This document shows, in pieces, positions 16,611-25,184 of a stretch of 64,000 nucleotides of DNA. Location of the stretch: contig DATIHX010000003.1 of the NCBI GenBank assembly GCA_035480235.1, positions 85,514 to 149,513 on the forward strand, written 5' to 3'. The DNA is from Candidatus Saccharimonadales bacterium. Lineage in GTDB: Bacteria; Patescibacteriota; UBA1384; 2-12-FULL-50-11. Every line of letters starts with the position of its first letter. Positions within the stretch are counted from its first letter, which is position 1. Made by a program: the position numbers and the translations under genes. The notes below the pieces were generated by a model. It saw only the letters and a list, made by a program, of their open reading frames with translations. It was not told where the DNA came from and ran no database searches.

Positions 16611-18986
16611 ATGGCCGGAGGAAAAACGAAAGAAGTGGTTTGGTTCGCCGAAGTCACCAAGGACGACATTCCGCTGGTTGGCGGCAAGGGGGCTAACTTA
16701 GGCGAAATGAGCCGCGCTGGTCTGCCGGTGCCGCCAGGCTTTATCGTCACGAGTGCGGCTTACTTTAATTTCGTGAAAGCTAAGGGAATCGACAACTATA
16801 TCCGCAAATGGACGAAAGACTTGGACCCCGAAGATTCCAAGGCACTCAATAAAATCGCTGCCGAACTCCAAAAAGCGATGAAAGAGTTCAAGCTGCCAGA
16901 GGCGCTTGTCAAAGAAATTGAAAAAGCCTACGACGAGATGCATCAAGGACCGGTGGCCGTTCGTTCCTCGGCAACGGCAGAAGATTTACCAGGCAACTCG
17001 TTTGCCGGCCAACAAGCGACATTCTTAAACGTCGAGGGAAAAACCCAGCTAATTAAGGCGATCCGGGAGTGCTGGGCCTCACTCTTTGAGGCCAGAGCGA
17101 TTTACTACCGAACCGTCAACAAGTTCGACCACTTGTCCGTTGGTATCGCTGTGCCGGTGCAGAAAATGGTCCAGAGCGAAGTCTCGGGTATTATGTTTAC
17201 TGTTGATCCGGTTGATTCGGATCTAACGAAAATTGTGATTGATGCCGGTTTGGGGCTGGGTGAAGCGATCGTTTCCGGTTCAGTGACGCCGGACCATTAC
17301 GTTGTGGCCAAAGACGACTTCAAAATTGTTTCGAAAGAAATCGGCGCCCAAGATTGGCAGATCATTCACGACGGCAAAGACAAAAACAAGCACGTCAAAC
17401 TAACTAAAGAACAAAAAGAGGGCCAAAAACTAACCGACGAACAAATAGTCACGCTGGCTAAGCTCGGTAAAAAAGTGGAAGACCACTACAAAAAGCCGCA
17501 AGACACCGAGTGGGCTTTTGAGGGCGGCAGTTTTTACATGGTTCAAGCCAGGCCGGTGACGACCTTGAAGGGCAAATCCGAAACCCTAAATCCTAAATCC
17601 GAAACAAACTCCAATGCTCAAAATCCAAATATCGAAACTGAAGCGGCCGATTTATCTAAGGCCGAGGTGATTGTGACTGGCGCTGGCGCCTCGGTGGGGA
17701 TGAAATCCGGCCCGGTCAAAATTATCCACAAACCCTCAGAAATTGACCAAGTGAAAATTGGCGACGTTTTGGTAACCGAGATGACGAGCCCCGACTACGT
17801 GCCAGCGATGAAACGGGCAGCCGCCATCGTGACGGACACGGGGGGTCGCACCAGCCATGCCTCGATCGTGAGTCGAGAATTGGGTATCCCCTGCGTGGTT
17901 GGCTCTGGCACTGCCACGACCGCGCTGAAAACCGGCCAAATTGTGACCGTCGACGGTACCAGCGGTAAAGTTTACAAAGGCAAAATTGATCCGCCAACTG
18001 GCGGAGCCGGCAATCTTTCAATCCCCACCCAAGCCGTTGTTGGCCGGGCCACCGGCACGCAAGCCGTGATGACGGTGCCGGTCACCGCTACCAAAGTCTA
18101 TTTGAACTTGGCCGAGCCGGATAAAGCCGAGGAGTACGCCCAGCTGCCGGTCGACGGCGTCGGCTTGCTCCGAGCCGAGTTTATTATCGCCGGCATCGGC
18201 GAGCACCCCCGGGCGATGATGGCGGCAGGCCGGGCTAAAGAATACGTTCAAAAACTGGCCGCCGGAATTTCCACGATCGCCCAAGCCTTTCACCCCCGGC
18301 CGGTCGTGTACCGCTTCACCGACTTCAAAAGTAACGAATATAAATCGCTCAAAGGTGGTGACAAGTATGAGCAGCCGGAAAATAACCCGATGATCGGTTT
18401 CCGCGGGGCCTCCCGTTACATCGCTGAACCAGACGAATTTGCCTTGGAAATCGAAGCGATCAAGCGCGTTCGCGACGGCTTGGATCTAAAAAATTTGCAC
18501 GTGATGATCCCCTTTGTTCGAACTGTCGATGAGTTTCTGAAAGTTCGCGATCTGATGCACCGCGACGGCCTCAAGCAAAGCTCGGATTTCAAGCTCTGGA
18601 TTATGTGCGAAGTGCCGTCGGTGGTGCTGGAACTGCAGCGCTACATCGACGAAGGCATCGACGGCGTCTCGATCGGCTCCAACGACTTGACGCAGCTAAC
18701 CCTCGGCATCGATCGCGACTCGATGAAACTCGCCTCAGAATTTGACGAGCGTTACCCGGCTGTTTTGAACTCAATTTTGCACGTCGTCCGGGTTTGCCGG
18801 AAAAACCACGTCACTTGCTCGATCTGCGGCCAAGCGCCCAGCGTTTACCCGGAAATTACCGAAGCGATGGTCCGGGCCGGCACAACCAGCGTTTCCGTCG
18901 CTCCCGACGTCGCTGTTTCCACCCGCAAACTCATCGCCTCAGTTGAGAAAAAAATCCTCCTTGCCAACGCTATCGATAATGGGTAG
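16611..18986 (+). CDS. ppsA: Phosphoenolpyruvate synthase (pyruvate, water dikinase)
   Basis: N-terminal ATP-grasp (VGGKGANLGEM…PVPPGF), phosphohistidine swivel (GGRTSHASIVSRELGIPCVVG), and a C-terminal PEP-utilising TIM barrel (…SIGSNDLTQLTLG…). It carries a low-complexity linker insert. Confidence 0.9.
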   Translation: MAGGKTKEVVWFAEVTKDDIPLVGGKGANLGEMSRAGLPVPPGFIVTSAAYFNFVKAKGIDNYIRKWTKDLDPEDSKALNKIAAELQKAMKEFKLPEALVKEIEKAYDEMHQGPVAVRSSATAEDLPGNSFAGQQATFLNVEGKTQLIKAIRECWASLFEARAIYYRTVNKFDHLSVGIAVPVQKMVQSEVSGIMFTVDPVDSDLTKIVIDAGLGLGEAIVSGSVTPDHYVVAKDDFKIVSKEIGAQDWQIIHDGKDKNKHVKLTKEQKEGQKLTDEQIVTLAKLGKKVEDHYKKPQDTEWAFEGGSFYMVQARPVTTLKGKSETLNPKSETNSNAQNPNIETEAADLSKAEVIVTGAGASVGMKSGPVKIIHKPSEIDQVKIGDVLVTEMTSPDYVPAMKRAAAIVTDTGGRTSHASIVSRELGIPCVVGSGTATTALKTGQIVTVDGTSGKVYKGKIDPPTGGAGNLSIPTQAVVGRATGTQAVMTVPVTATKVYLNLAEPDKAEEYAQLPVDGVGLLRAEFIIAGIGEHPRAMMAAGRAKEYVQKLAAGISTIAQAFHPRPVVYRFTDFKSNEYKSLKGGDKYEQPENNPMIGFRGASRYIAEPDEFALEIEAIKRVRDGLDLKNLHVMIPFVRTVDEFLKVRDLMHRDGLKQSSDFKLWIMCEVPSVVLELQRYIDEGIDGVSIGSNDLTQLTLGIDRDSMKLASEFDERYPAVLNSILHVVRVCRKNHVTCSICGQAPSVYPEITEAMVRAGTTSVSVAPDVAVSTRKLIASVEKKILLANAIDNG

Positions 18987-19290
18987 CGATAAAACTAGGC
19001 TGAATAGCCTTTCTGTAGCTAGTATTATCCTTGCACCCGTTTCCTATTTTATTGGGGTCAACAGTTTGGTTTTTTCATACACAACTTTCCCCTGGAGGAA
19101 TGTACTTGCACCCCTATCTCCGCTTGTGGTGATTGTCCTTGCTGTCACTGCGCTAATTCAGTTAAAAAAACGTGGGGGAAGCGGCTGGTTGCTTGCCAGC
19201 CTTGCGCTTATTTCTGGAATAATTATCTTTTTCTGGTTAGGCTTTGGCTTCATCATCGCGGCTGCCGGCGGCGGTGTTGATAGCTGGTAA
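18979..19290 (+). CDS. Small integral membrane protein
   Basis: The ATG overlaps the ppsA stop. I predict three hydrophobic helices by eye. Confidence 0.45.
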   Translation: MGSDKTRLNSLSVASIILAPVSYFIGVNSLVFSYTTFPWRNVLAPLSPLVVIVLAVTALIQLKKRGGSGWLLASLALISGIIIFFWLGFGFIIAAAGGGVDSW

Positions 19291-19349
19291 AACGGCTAGA
19301 TTTTTCGCTACTTTCTGCTAGAATTTCCTCAAGTGCCCGGAGGTGGCAG

Positions 19350-19661
19350 ATGAAGGTTCTTCAGACTTTTTGGTTAGTAATCAGCGGCATGGTTGCCTGT
19401 TGGCTTTACTCGTTCTTGGCCCTAGCTTTATCATTCGCTATTTTCCGGCTGTGCGGCGCGAATTGGCCCAGCTTTCCGCTGTTGCTGGAACTCACGACCT
19501 TCGCGGTATTTGTTATCGCGGTTTGTGCCTGGGACGACGAGGAAAAAGCGGTCGACTTCCGAGACTGGTGGTTCTATCTTTTGCGCCACCAGCTCCCCCC
19601 GGTCTGGTGTTGGCGGCTGGTGAAATGGCTGGCCAAACGCGCTAAACTCGTGCCTATCTAA
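19350..19661 (+). CDS. Small integral membrane protein
   Basis: GGAGGTG lies 4 nt upstream of the ATG. The protein has hydrophobic helices and W-rich C-terminus. Confidence 0.5.
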   Translation: MKVLQTFWLVISGMVACWLYSFLALALSFAIFRLCGANWPSFPLLLELTTFAVFVIAVCAWDDEEKAVDFRDWWFYLLRHQLPPVWCWRLVKWLAKRAKLVPI

Positions 19662-19669
19662 ACCATGCT

Positions 19670-19697
19670 CCCTCGCCCATTCGGCGAGGGCTTTTTT
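19670..19697 (+). terminator. Rho-independent terminator
   Basis: CCCTCGCC-cattc-GGCGAGGG followed by CTTTTTT. Confidence 0.8.
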
Positions 19698-19735
19698 AAC
19701 GCGTTCTGTCTCAGCCGGCCGGGTTTTGGACGACC

Positions 19736-20176
19736 CTACTTCTCCGGCACAATCCAGCGGAAGGTTTTGGGGTGAACGATGCCGATCTGGCGGAACTTTT
19801 TTAATTTCAACAGATCTTGGTCGAGCGTGATAATTAAATTGGCCTTGGCGGCCACGGCGCATTCTAAAATATGGAGGTCGTTTTTGTCTCTTAACTTAGG
19901 CTCGTAGACCAATTCTATCGGCTTAACTAATTTCGCGATTCGACTGAGCTGCTTGAGTAAAAGAGTCTTTCGTGGGTCCGATAGCATTACTTTGCGCGCC
20001 AGAACCTTTTCTAGCTCCTGGATAATAGCTGGTGAAATAAACAGCTTAAAAGCTTCGCGCTCGGCGTTGAGAAGTAGGTCTTCCGACAGTCCCGTCTGGA
20101 AAGCCGCCGCCACGTAAACGCTCGTGTCAATGACGACGCGTAGCTTTGCGGCCGAAGAGTTTTTCGACGTCATCAT
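19736..20176 (-). CDS. PIN-domain toxin (VapC-like)
   Basis: LRVVIDTSVYVAA… N-terminal acidic motif, …DLHILECAVAAKANLIITLDQDLL… The gene overlaps the upstream RHH gene. Confidence 0.75.
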   Translation of the reverse strand: MMTSKNSSAAKLRVVIDTSVYVAAAFQTGLSEDLLLNAEREAFKLFISPAIIQELEKVLARKVMLSDPRKTLLLKQLSRIAKLVKPIELVYEPKLRDKNDLHILECAVAAKANLIITLDQDLLKLKKFRQIGIVHPKTFRWIVPEK

Positions 20177-20363
20177 CTGTTTCGACACCGAAGCGCTTGG
20201 CGATTTTCTTACCTTCTTCGGTAATTTCCGCCCAATCCGAGGAGAACTGGTATTTTAAGACGGCCTCAGAAACGATTTGGCTTTTTGAGCGCCGTTGTTT
20301 TTTAGCCAGGTCGATAATAGCTTTATTGATTTCAGTAGGGATGGAAACACTAATAACAGTCAT
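20127..20363 (-). CDS. Ribbon-helix-helix (CopG-like) antitoxin
   Basis: MTVISVSIPTEINKAIIDLAKKQRRSKSQIVSEAVLKY matches the RHH pattern. It lies directly upstream of the PIN gene. Confidence 0.7.
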   Translation of the reverse strand: MTVISVSIPTEINKAIIDLAKKQRRSKSQIVSEAVLKYQFSSDWAEITEEGKKIAKRFGVETDDDVEKLFGRKATRRH

Positions 20364-20389
20364 AAATTTATGTTATTAACTTTTAATAA

Positions 20390-20794
20390 CTACGTCAATG
20401 GCCGATCGTGAAACCGGTCGTAGACAACTTGGAGTTTTGGTGGCATTTGGCCGTTATCGGCGACGGCCCGCCAGTACGGCGTAACGTCTTTTTTGCCGTG
20501 CGCTCGTTCGCTTTCGGCGTTTTCAGCCAAAAACCGCAGAAAGATCCCGGTAGTCAGTGGGCAAGTAATGTCGACGTTGTGGCTTTTGGCGTACTCGGCG
20601 CGGATGTCGGTAATTTTTCGCGTTTGGCCATCAGGAATTTGGCGAATAATCGCGTCTAACTCCCGAGCCGACGGAATCACCATCGTGCCGCCCTCCTGGC
20701 CGCCGTTCCAGTTCAAAGGTGCTTCCACGACGTGCGGGTTCTTCGGCGCGCTAGCGTTGTCCAATTTTTCTTGCCAACTTTTGACGGATTTCAC
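20390..20794 (-). CDS. MGMT-family (alkyltransferase-like DNA-binding domain) protein without an obvious catalytic PCHR
   Basis: …DITCPLTTGIFLRFLAENAE…GKKDVTPYWRAV… resembles the short MGMT-family proteins as I remember them. Confidence 0.5.
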   Translation of the reverse strand: MKSVKSWQEKLDNASAPKNPHVVEAPLNWNGGQEGGTMVIPSARELDAIIRQIPDGQTRKITDIRAEYAKSHNVDITCPLTTGIFLRFLAENAESERAHGKKDVTPYWRAVADNGQMPPKLQVVYDRFHDRPLT

Positions 20795-20856
20795 AGCCCC
20801 ATTATAGGTTTTTTATGTCGTAAAAAAAGCCGCCGGGACCAACGGCGGGTAAGGAT

Positions 20857-21051
20857 TTAACTCTTCGGTTGTTGCAGCTTCAGCTCGTCTAGCCGTTGCA
20901 AACACGAATCGCAGTTTTTGATGTGAGCGGCGTGGACATGCAGTCGTTGAGCTTGCTCGGAGAGCTTAGCCCAGTCGAGCAACTGCCGATCCGAAAGCGA
21001 GCAAAGGTTCCGTATGGGTCGTCCGACCTCTTTTAAATGGCCGATGGACAT
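20857..21051 (-). CDS. Hypothetical small protein (64 aa)
   Basis: GGGAGGAAG lies 4 nt upstream of the ATG (MSIGHLKE…). It contains an HxxxC…CxxC-like pattern (HIKNCDSC). Confidence 0.4.
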   Translation of the reverse strand: MSIGHLKEVGRPIRNLCSLSDRQLLDWAKLSEQAQRLHVHAAHIKNCDSCLQRLDELKLQQPKS

Positions 21052-21215
21052 TGTCTTCCTCCCTGAACCATCCCCGAAAAAGCGATGGAAAATAATAGTA
21101 CCAAAAAACCGACTAAAAATCAAGTGTTTTGAGTAATAATTTCATCAATGGAGCAGTAGATAATTTCGGCTTGTGGTGGTAGAGTATCGTCATCGCACAT
21201 TTAGTTGGAGGAGAG

Positions 21216-21851
21216 ATGGAATTAGAGAAAGCGCTCTTTGAAGTTCACCCTGAGCGAGGACTGCCCAACCTGGCCGACTTGCGCTTTTTAGCTCGGCGAG
21301 GCTTGCTGGCTGTGAGGCCTAGCTACCGGACATTGCTTAGCGATCGCAAAATAATAGTCGCTCGCCAAGAGCATCTGGCGATGCCAGTGATTGGGTTTGG
21401 TTGGGACATCGGTGAACCACTTAGCGATAACAAATTAGCCGAAGGTCATCTTCAGCCTCTCGCCGCTTATTATTGCTGCGTTTGCTTCAATGAAGAATCC
21501 CACCGGCGAGCAGACGATTACATGCAGGAGCTTTTTGCTTCGGTGGTCCATGAACTTGTCCATTGGTACTATCTTATTCGCTACGGGTTCGCCTACCGGC
21601 ACCAATTAGCCAGTAGGATTGATTACACAAAGAATGAGTGCCTAATCGAGGAGTACAGTCAGCTAATTGTTGGCAAATTTCCTGAAGACCGGCCGCTGTT
21701 TCTGCGACCGCTGACTGGTCGACGGCCAGACCTCGATGTAGTACGAATCGGGGTTCTGCGAACTCACTACTGCCTACTACCTGAAGGCAGCCTGTCGGCT
21801 GAAGCTCGCGTCGAAGCGCTAGCTTGGCAGAAGCGTCACGAGCTAAGGTAG
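21216..21851 (+). CDS. Hypothetical protein with an HExxH motif (putative metallopeptidase-like)
   Basis: VVHELVHW (HExxH). GGAGGAG SD. A terminator follows. Confidence 0.45.
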   Translation: MELEKALFEVHPERGLPNLADLRFLARRGLLAVRPSYRTLLSDRKIIVARQEHLAMPVIGFGWDIGEPLSDNKLAEGHLQPLAAYYCCVCFNEESHRRADDYMQELFASVVHELVHWYYLIRYGFAYRHQLASRIDYTKNECLIEEYSQLIVGKFPEDRPLFLRPLTGRRPDLDVVRIGVLRTHYCLLPEGSLSAEARVEALAWQKRHELR

Positions 21852-21870
21852 ACTGTTCTCTAAACCCAAA

Positions 21871-21900
21871 GCGGGGCCAAACGGCCCCGCTTTTTCTTTT
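21871..21900 (+). terminator. Rho-independent terminator
   Basis: GCGGGGCC-aaac-GGCCCCGC followed by TTTTTCTTTT. Confidence 0.85.
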
Positions 21901-21975
21901 TACGCCGTCACTAGCCGGCGCTTCTACTCAAACCAGTTTAACTGGTTGGATAAATCTCGTATATAGCAGAAAATC

Positions 21976-22443
21976 TTAACGGGCCAACGTGAAGTAACCG
22001 ATAGTGAACGTGAGGCCGGCCCAGCGGACGTGGATCTTGCCCAAAAAGTGGTTCGGCGAAGTTTGGACCACTTCGTCTACGATGTGGCGGATCCACCACG
22101 AATTGGCCGGCTGGTTGTAGTCAATTTTTAGGGTTTGAATTTTTTTATCACGGACGCCTGGGCCAGTGTAAAATTTGAACGGGTAGAGTTTATTGCCATC
22201 CTTGAAGTTATTGATGCCGGTTTGGGCAGCCAGGTCGAAGGTTTTGCCGGTCCAGCCGCCTTTGTAATTATTAACAACTCCAGTGTAAAAACCGTCCGGC
22301 AGCGGGCTCGGTAAACTACCAGCCGCAAATTGTTTTTGCCGAGCGTCACGCTCAACTTGCATCGTCCGCAGCTCAAAACCCAACAGAACCAGCAAGAAGA
22401 TAACAACGAGGACGGCAACAATAATAAGTACTATTTTAACCAT
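21976..22443 (-). CDS. Membrane-anchored GXWXG/DUF4334-like protein
   Basis: N-terminal TM helix, a GGWTG (GXWXG) motif, and …IDYNQPANSWWIRHIVDEV…HFLGK… resembling DUF4334. Confidence 0.4.
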   Translation of the reverse strand: MVKIVLIIVAVLVVIFLLVLLGFELRTMQVERDARQKQFAAGSLPSPLPDGFYTGVVNNYKGGWTGKTFDLAAQTGINNFKDGNKLYPFKFYTGPGVRDKKIQTLKIDYNQPANSWWIRHIVDEVVQTSPNHFLGKIHVRWAGLTFTIGYFTLAR

Positions 22444-22860
22444 CTACTTAATTAAACTGTAATCGCCGTTAATTACCACCGGCTTCATCGCCACAATTTC
22501 GGTTTTGTAATATGGATTCTCGGGAATTGGGTTATAGAGATATAACTTTTTGTCGAGAATATGTGCGTAACCGATTTCTAAGAAAGTATTACCGCCGATG
22601 TAGTTTTTCTCACCATTTTTCTCGATATTCATTGCCAACACTGCGTCAACATCTTTAAGCCGTTCGCAGTCCTGGCGCATTGCGTCAAGGTTATTCTTTT
22701 GATGTATTTTCAATTCCTCTTTTTCGATGTCGTTTTTACCCAAGAATGTTTCGGTAAATATTGAGACCACAAACGCGTCGTGACCGTGTTCGATCAGCGC
22801 GTTGCGAGCTTCCAGCATTTTTTCGGTGTGTTGCATACTGCCGATAACGCCAATCTTCAT
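22444..22860 (-). CDS. Nucleoside 2-deoxyribosyltransferase-like protein (tentative)
   Basis: Small Rossmann-like protein (MKIGVIGSM… …GGNTFLEIGYA…). The call is tentative and rests on overall pattern only. Confidence 0.3.
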   Translation of the reverse strand: MKIGVIGSMQHTEKMLEARNALIEHGHDAFVVSIFTETFLGKNDIEKEELKIHQKNNLDAMRQDCERLKDVDAVLAMNIEKNGEKNYIGGNTFLEIGYAHILDKKLYLYNPIPENPYYKTEIVAMKPVVINGDYSLIK

Positions 22861-23357
22861 CTACCCACCTCGTACTTACTAATAAATCCTTCGGCAAATG
22901 GCTCATTACTGACGAATTCAAGCTCGCATTCAAAGTCTCCGGCAAAAATGGGGATACCCGTACCAATAATATGCGGAACAACGTAAAAATGAAGTTCGTC
23001 CACGAGACCAAGTTTCATAAAGCTGCTATTAAGGCCTGAGCCACCGATTACTAACGCGGTTTGGTGGCCTTCTTTGGTGAGAAACTCGATGGCTTCGTTT
23101 GGCGAGCCGGCCACAATATAACCTGTTCTAACTTGAATCGGTTGCGAGCTCACCACAACCCGAGTGGCGTTAATCTCGTCAAAAATCTGGGGCTCGATAA
23201 GTTTGTAGGTGTGATGACCGATAATAAAATTCCCGGCTTCAGCGATATCTTTCTTGACGGCGTCCCAACCGGAATCCGGCAGAAAATCTTCGTCGCCGTT
23301 TTCGCGGGCGATAAAGCCGTTGGGCGAGATGGTGGCGTAAAGGATAACCTTCATCAC
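22857..23357 (-). CDS. Dihydrofolate-reductase-like (RibD C-terminal domain) family protein
   Basis: MKVILYATISPNGFIA…, …LVIGGSGLNSSFMKLGLVDELHFYVVPHIIGTG matches the RibD_C/DHFR-like fold pattern. Confidence 0.7.
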   Translation of the reverse strand: MMKVILYATISPNGFIARENGDEDFLPDSGWDAVKKDIAEAGNFIIGHHTYKLIEPQIFDEINATRVVVSSQPIQVRTGYIVAGSPNEAIEFLTKEGHQTALVIGGSGLNSSFMKLGLVDELHFYVVPHIIGTGIPIFAGDFECELEFVSNEPFAEGFISKYEVGR

Positions 23358-23364
23358 TTATTTT

Positions 23365-23392
23365 TACCTAAAAAAAGAACCGCCGGCTAGGC
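23365..23392 (-). repeat. Copy 1 of a repeated terminator/RBS junction
   Basis: TACCTAAAAAAAGAACCGCCGGCTAGGC is 27/28 identical to 24142-24169. Confidence 0.6.
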
Positions 23393-23393
23393 A

Positions 23394-24131
23394 CTAATTT
23401 TCCGACTCTTGATGGGGGGCGTAAAACTCTTCACCCAAACGGAGCTCTTGCGGGTGCTCTCGAATGAACGCCGCGGTCTTGGCTAGCGATTCCTTTGGTA
23501 AGATAACACCAGTTATGAACACGCTAGTATCGTCGTGATGATAACCGTCTTGGTCCTCGAATAATCGGCCGCCAAAACTTTGGCAAAGAGCTTGGGCACG
23601 ACCTAATTTCTGTTGGTAATCGGCAGGAAAAGCCGGCTTAGGCTCCCAATAGTCCCCTTCCATAGGAGCTATATCGTAAACGAGGCAGATCTCCCCCTCC
23701 TTTACCTGTTCCTCAGAGTCAAAGCGATAGCCCTGCACTCGAGGCTTATAGGTTTCTCCTGGCAGAAGGTTTTCAGCGTCAACGTTCCAGTTCCCTCCCG
23801 AAAGATCTTCCGAGGTGAGAATAGAGAATTCTGGTAACCCCAGCTCTTCGAGGGTTCGATCGGTTCGAATTATATCAACTAAAATGTCGTTTCCGGTCCT
23901 GTTGATTTTCGCTCCAACTTCTGTTAAAGAAAGATGAATCTGGTGACGGTCGCCCTCTAATTCTACTAGCTGTTGTTGGGCCTCTAAGTCAGTTGGGTCG
24001 ACATGAAGACGGCGAAAGTTTTTGATTTTTTGATAACTAACCCGGTAGGATTCTAATAGTTTGCTATAGTCTCTAATCGCCCGATCTCGCTCATCCCATT
24101 GTTCGGCCGCAGACGGACCAGATTCTCTCAT
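23394..24131 (-). CDS. Hypothetical protein (245 aa, orphan)
   Basis: Long ORF with no motif recognised. Confidence 0.55.
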   Translation of the reverse strand: MRESGPSAAEQWDERDRAIRDYSKLLESYRVSYQKIKNFRRLHVDPTDLEAQQQLVELEGDRHQIHLSLTEVGAKINRTGNDILVDIIRTDRTLEELGLPEFSILTSEDLSGGNWNVDAENLLPGETYKPRVQGYRFDSEEQVKEGEICLVYDIAPMEGDYWEPKPAFPADYQQKLGRAQALCQSFGGRLFEDQDGYHHDDTSVFITGVILPKESLAKTAAFIREHPQELRLGEEFYAPHQESEN

Positions 24132-24141
24132 AACTTTATTT

Positions 24142-24169
24142 CTACCTAAAAAAAGAACCGCCGACTAGG
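24142..24169 (-). terminator. Copy 2 of the repeated junction, serving as the terminator of msrB
   Basis: On the minus strand: CCGCC-tagtc-GGCGG followed by TTCTTTTTTT, then AGGTAGAAATAA before the next ATG. Confidence 0.6.
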
Positions 24170-24174
24170 CGGAA

Positions 24175-24567
24175 TCACTTTTTCTTAAAATCTAAACTGG
24201 TCGAATTAATACAGTAGCGTAGGCCAGTTTTGTCGCCGGGGCCGTCGTTGAAGACGTGGCCGAGGTGCGAGCCGCAATTGGCGCAGGTTACTTCGGTCCG
24301 GCTCATCCCAAAGGCGCTGTCGGTTTTTAATTCAACGTTGCCTTTACTAATAACGTCGTAAAAACTCGGCCAACCGCTCCCCGACTCGAATTTGGTGTCG
24401 GAGCTAAAGAGCGGCTTGCCGCAGGCGGCACAAGTATATGTGCCGTCTTCGTGGTTATCCACATATTTGTTATCGAACGGCGTGTCGGTACCGCCCTCGC
24501 GCAAAACGTGGTACTGCTCCGGGGTTAGTTCTTTCTTCCAGTCTTCTTCGGTTTTATTTGTTGTCAT
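24175..24567 (-). CDS. msrB: Peptide-methionine (R)-S-oxide reductase MsrB
   Basis: CAACGKPLF…GSGWPSF…[21 protein letters not shown] (two CxxC pairs and the catalytic region). Confidence 0.95.
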   Translation of the reverse strand: MTTNKTEEDWKKELTPEQYHVLREGGTDTPFDNKYVDNHEDGTYTCAACGKPLFSSDTKFESGSGWPSFYDVISKGNVELKTDSAFGMSRTEVTCANCGSHLGHVFNDGPGDKTGLRYCINSTSLDFKKK

Positions 24568-24596
24568 AATTCGAATATAGCGATATTCAAGAAGAA

Positions 24597-24863
24597 TTAC
24601 TCGTCGTAAAGTTGGCTATGGCTGCCGATAGCCGTAAAAATAATTGCGTTACTTGCCTTCTTGAATACTGCCCTTATATCGCCGCCGATATTTATACTTC
24701 GATAGGCTTTATAGTTGCCGCCTAGCTTGTGGTTTCGTAGACTCGGGTGGCGAGATTGCTCCATAAAAAGCGCTAAACGTGCTTCAAAGAGTTTTTGTTG
24801 CGGAGTTTTTAGCTTGCTAAACTGTTTAAGGAATTGCCGGCTATAGCTAATCTGCCTTGGCAT
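24597..24863 (-). CDS. RelE/ParE-family type II toxin
   Basis: 88 aa. …[29 protein letters not shown]… is the typical RelE/ParE pattern. It overlaps the upstream antitoxin by 17 nt. Confidence 0.7.
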   Translation of the reverse strand: MPRQISYSRQFLKQFSKLKTPQQKLFEARLALFMEQSRHPSLRNHKLGGNYKAYRSINIGGDIRAVFKKASNAIIFTAIGSHSQLYDE

Positions 24864-25134
24864 TCTTGCGCAAGCTGGCGATCATCGCTTCGGCAGAGTC
24901 GAAAGGTCCTACAATATTGCGCCCGAGTTTAATATCTTCCTCGGTCTCTTTGATGACGGTCTTTAACCATTTAGAAGGTTTGAGCGGCGCGTTAAGCGAG
25001 ATTTCGCGATCACGAACAAACTGATGTAAATTGGCGTTAACAACCGCACTTAGCGACAAACCAAGTTCCTCCGCAATCTTTTGAGCGGCTCTTTTGGTTT
25101 TGGCGTCGACTTTCACATTCAACAAGGTTTTCAT
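24847..25134 (-). CDS. RelB/DinJ-family antitoxin
   Basis: LNVKVDAKTKRAAQKIAEELGLSLSAVVNANLHQFV is a DinJ-like RHH N-terminus. Confidence 0.7.
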   Translation of the reverse strand: MKTLLNVKVDAKTKRAAQKIAEELGLSLSAVVNANLHQFVRDREISLNAPLKPSKWLKTVIKETEEDIKLGRNIVGPFDSAEAMIASLRKNAKAD

Positions 25135-25184
25135 TTACATATAACGTACTTACTATGTACGTATATGTCAATAGAGACCTTGCC

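Noticed and set aside
20127-20188. The 50-60-nt overlap between the RHH antitoxin and the PIN toxin, read as a possible frameshift or fusion.
   Set aside because: Both frames are intact, with their own start and stop codons. Overlaps of this kind are common in TA operons, so there is no evidence of a pseudogene.
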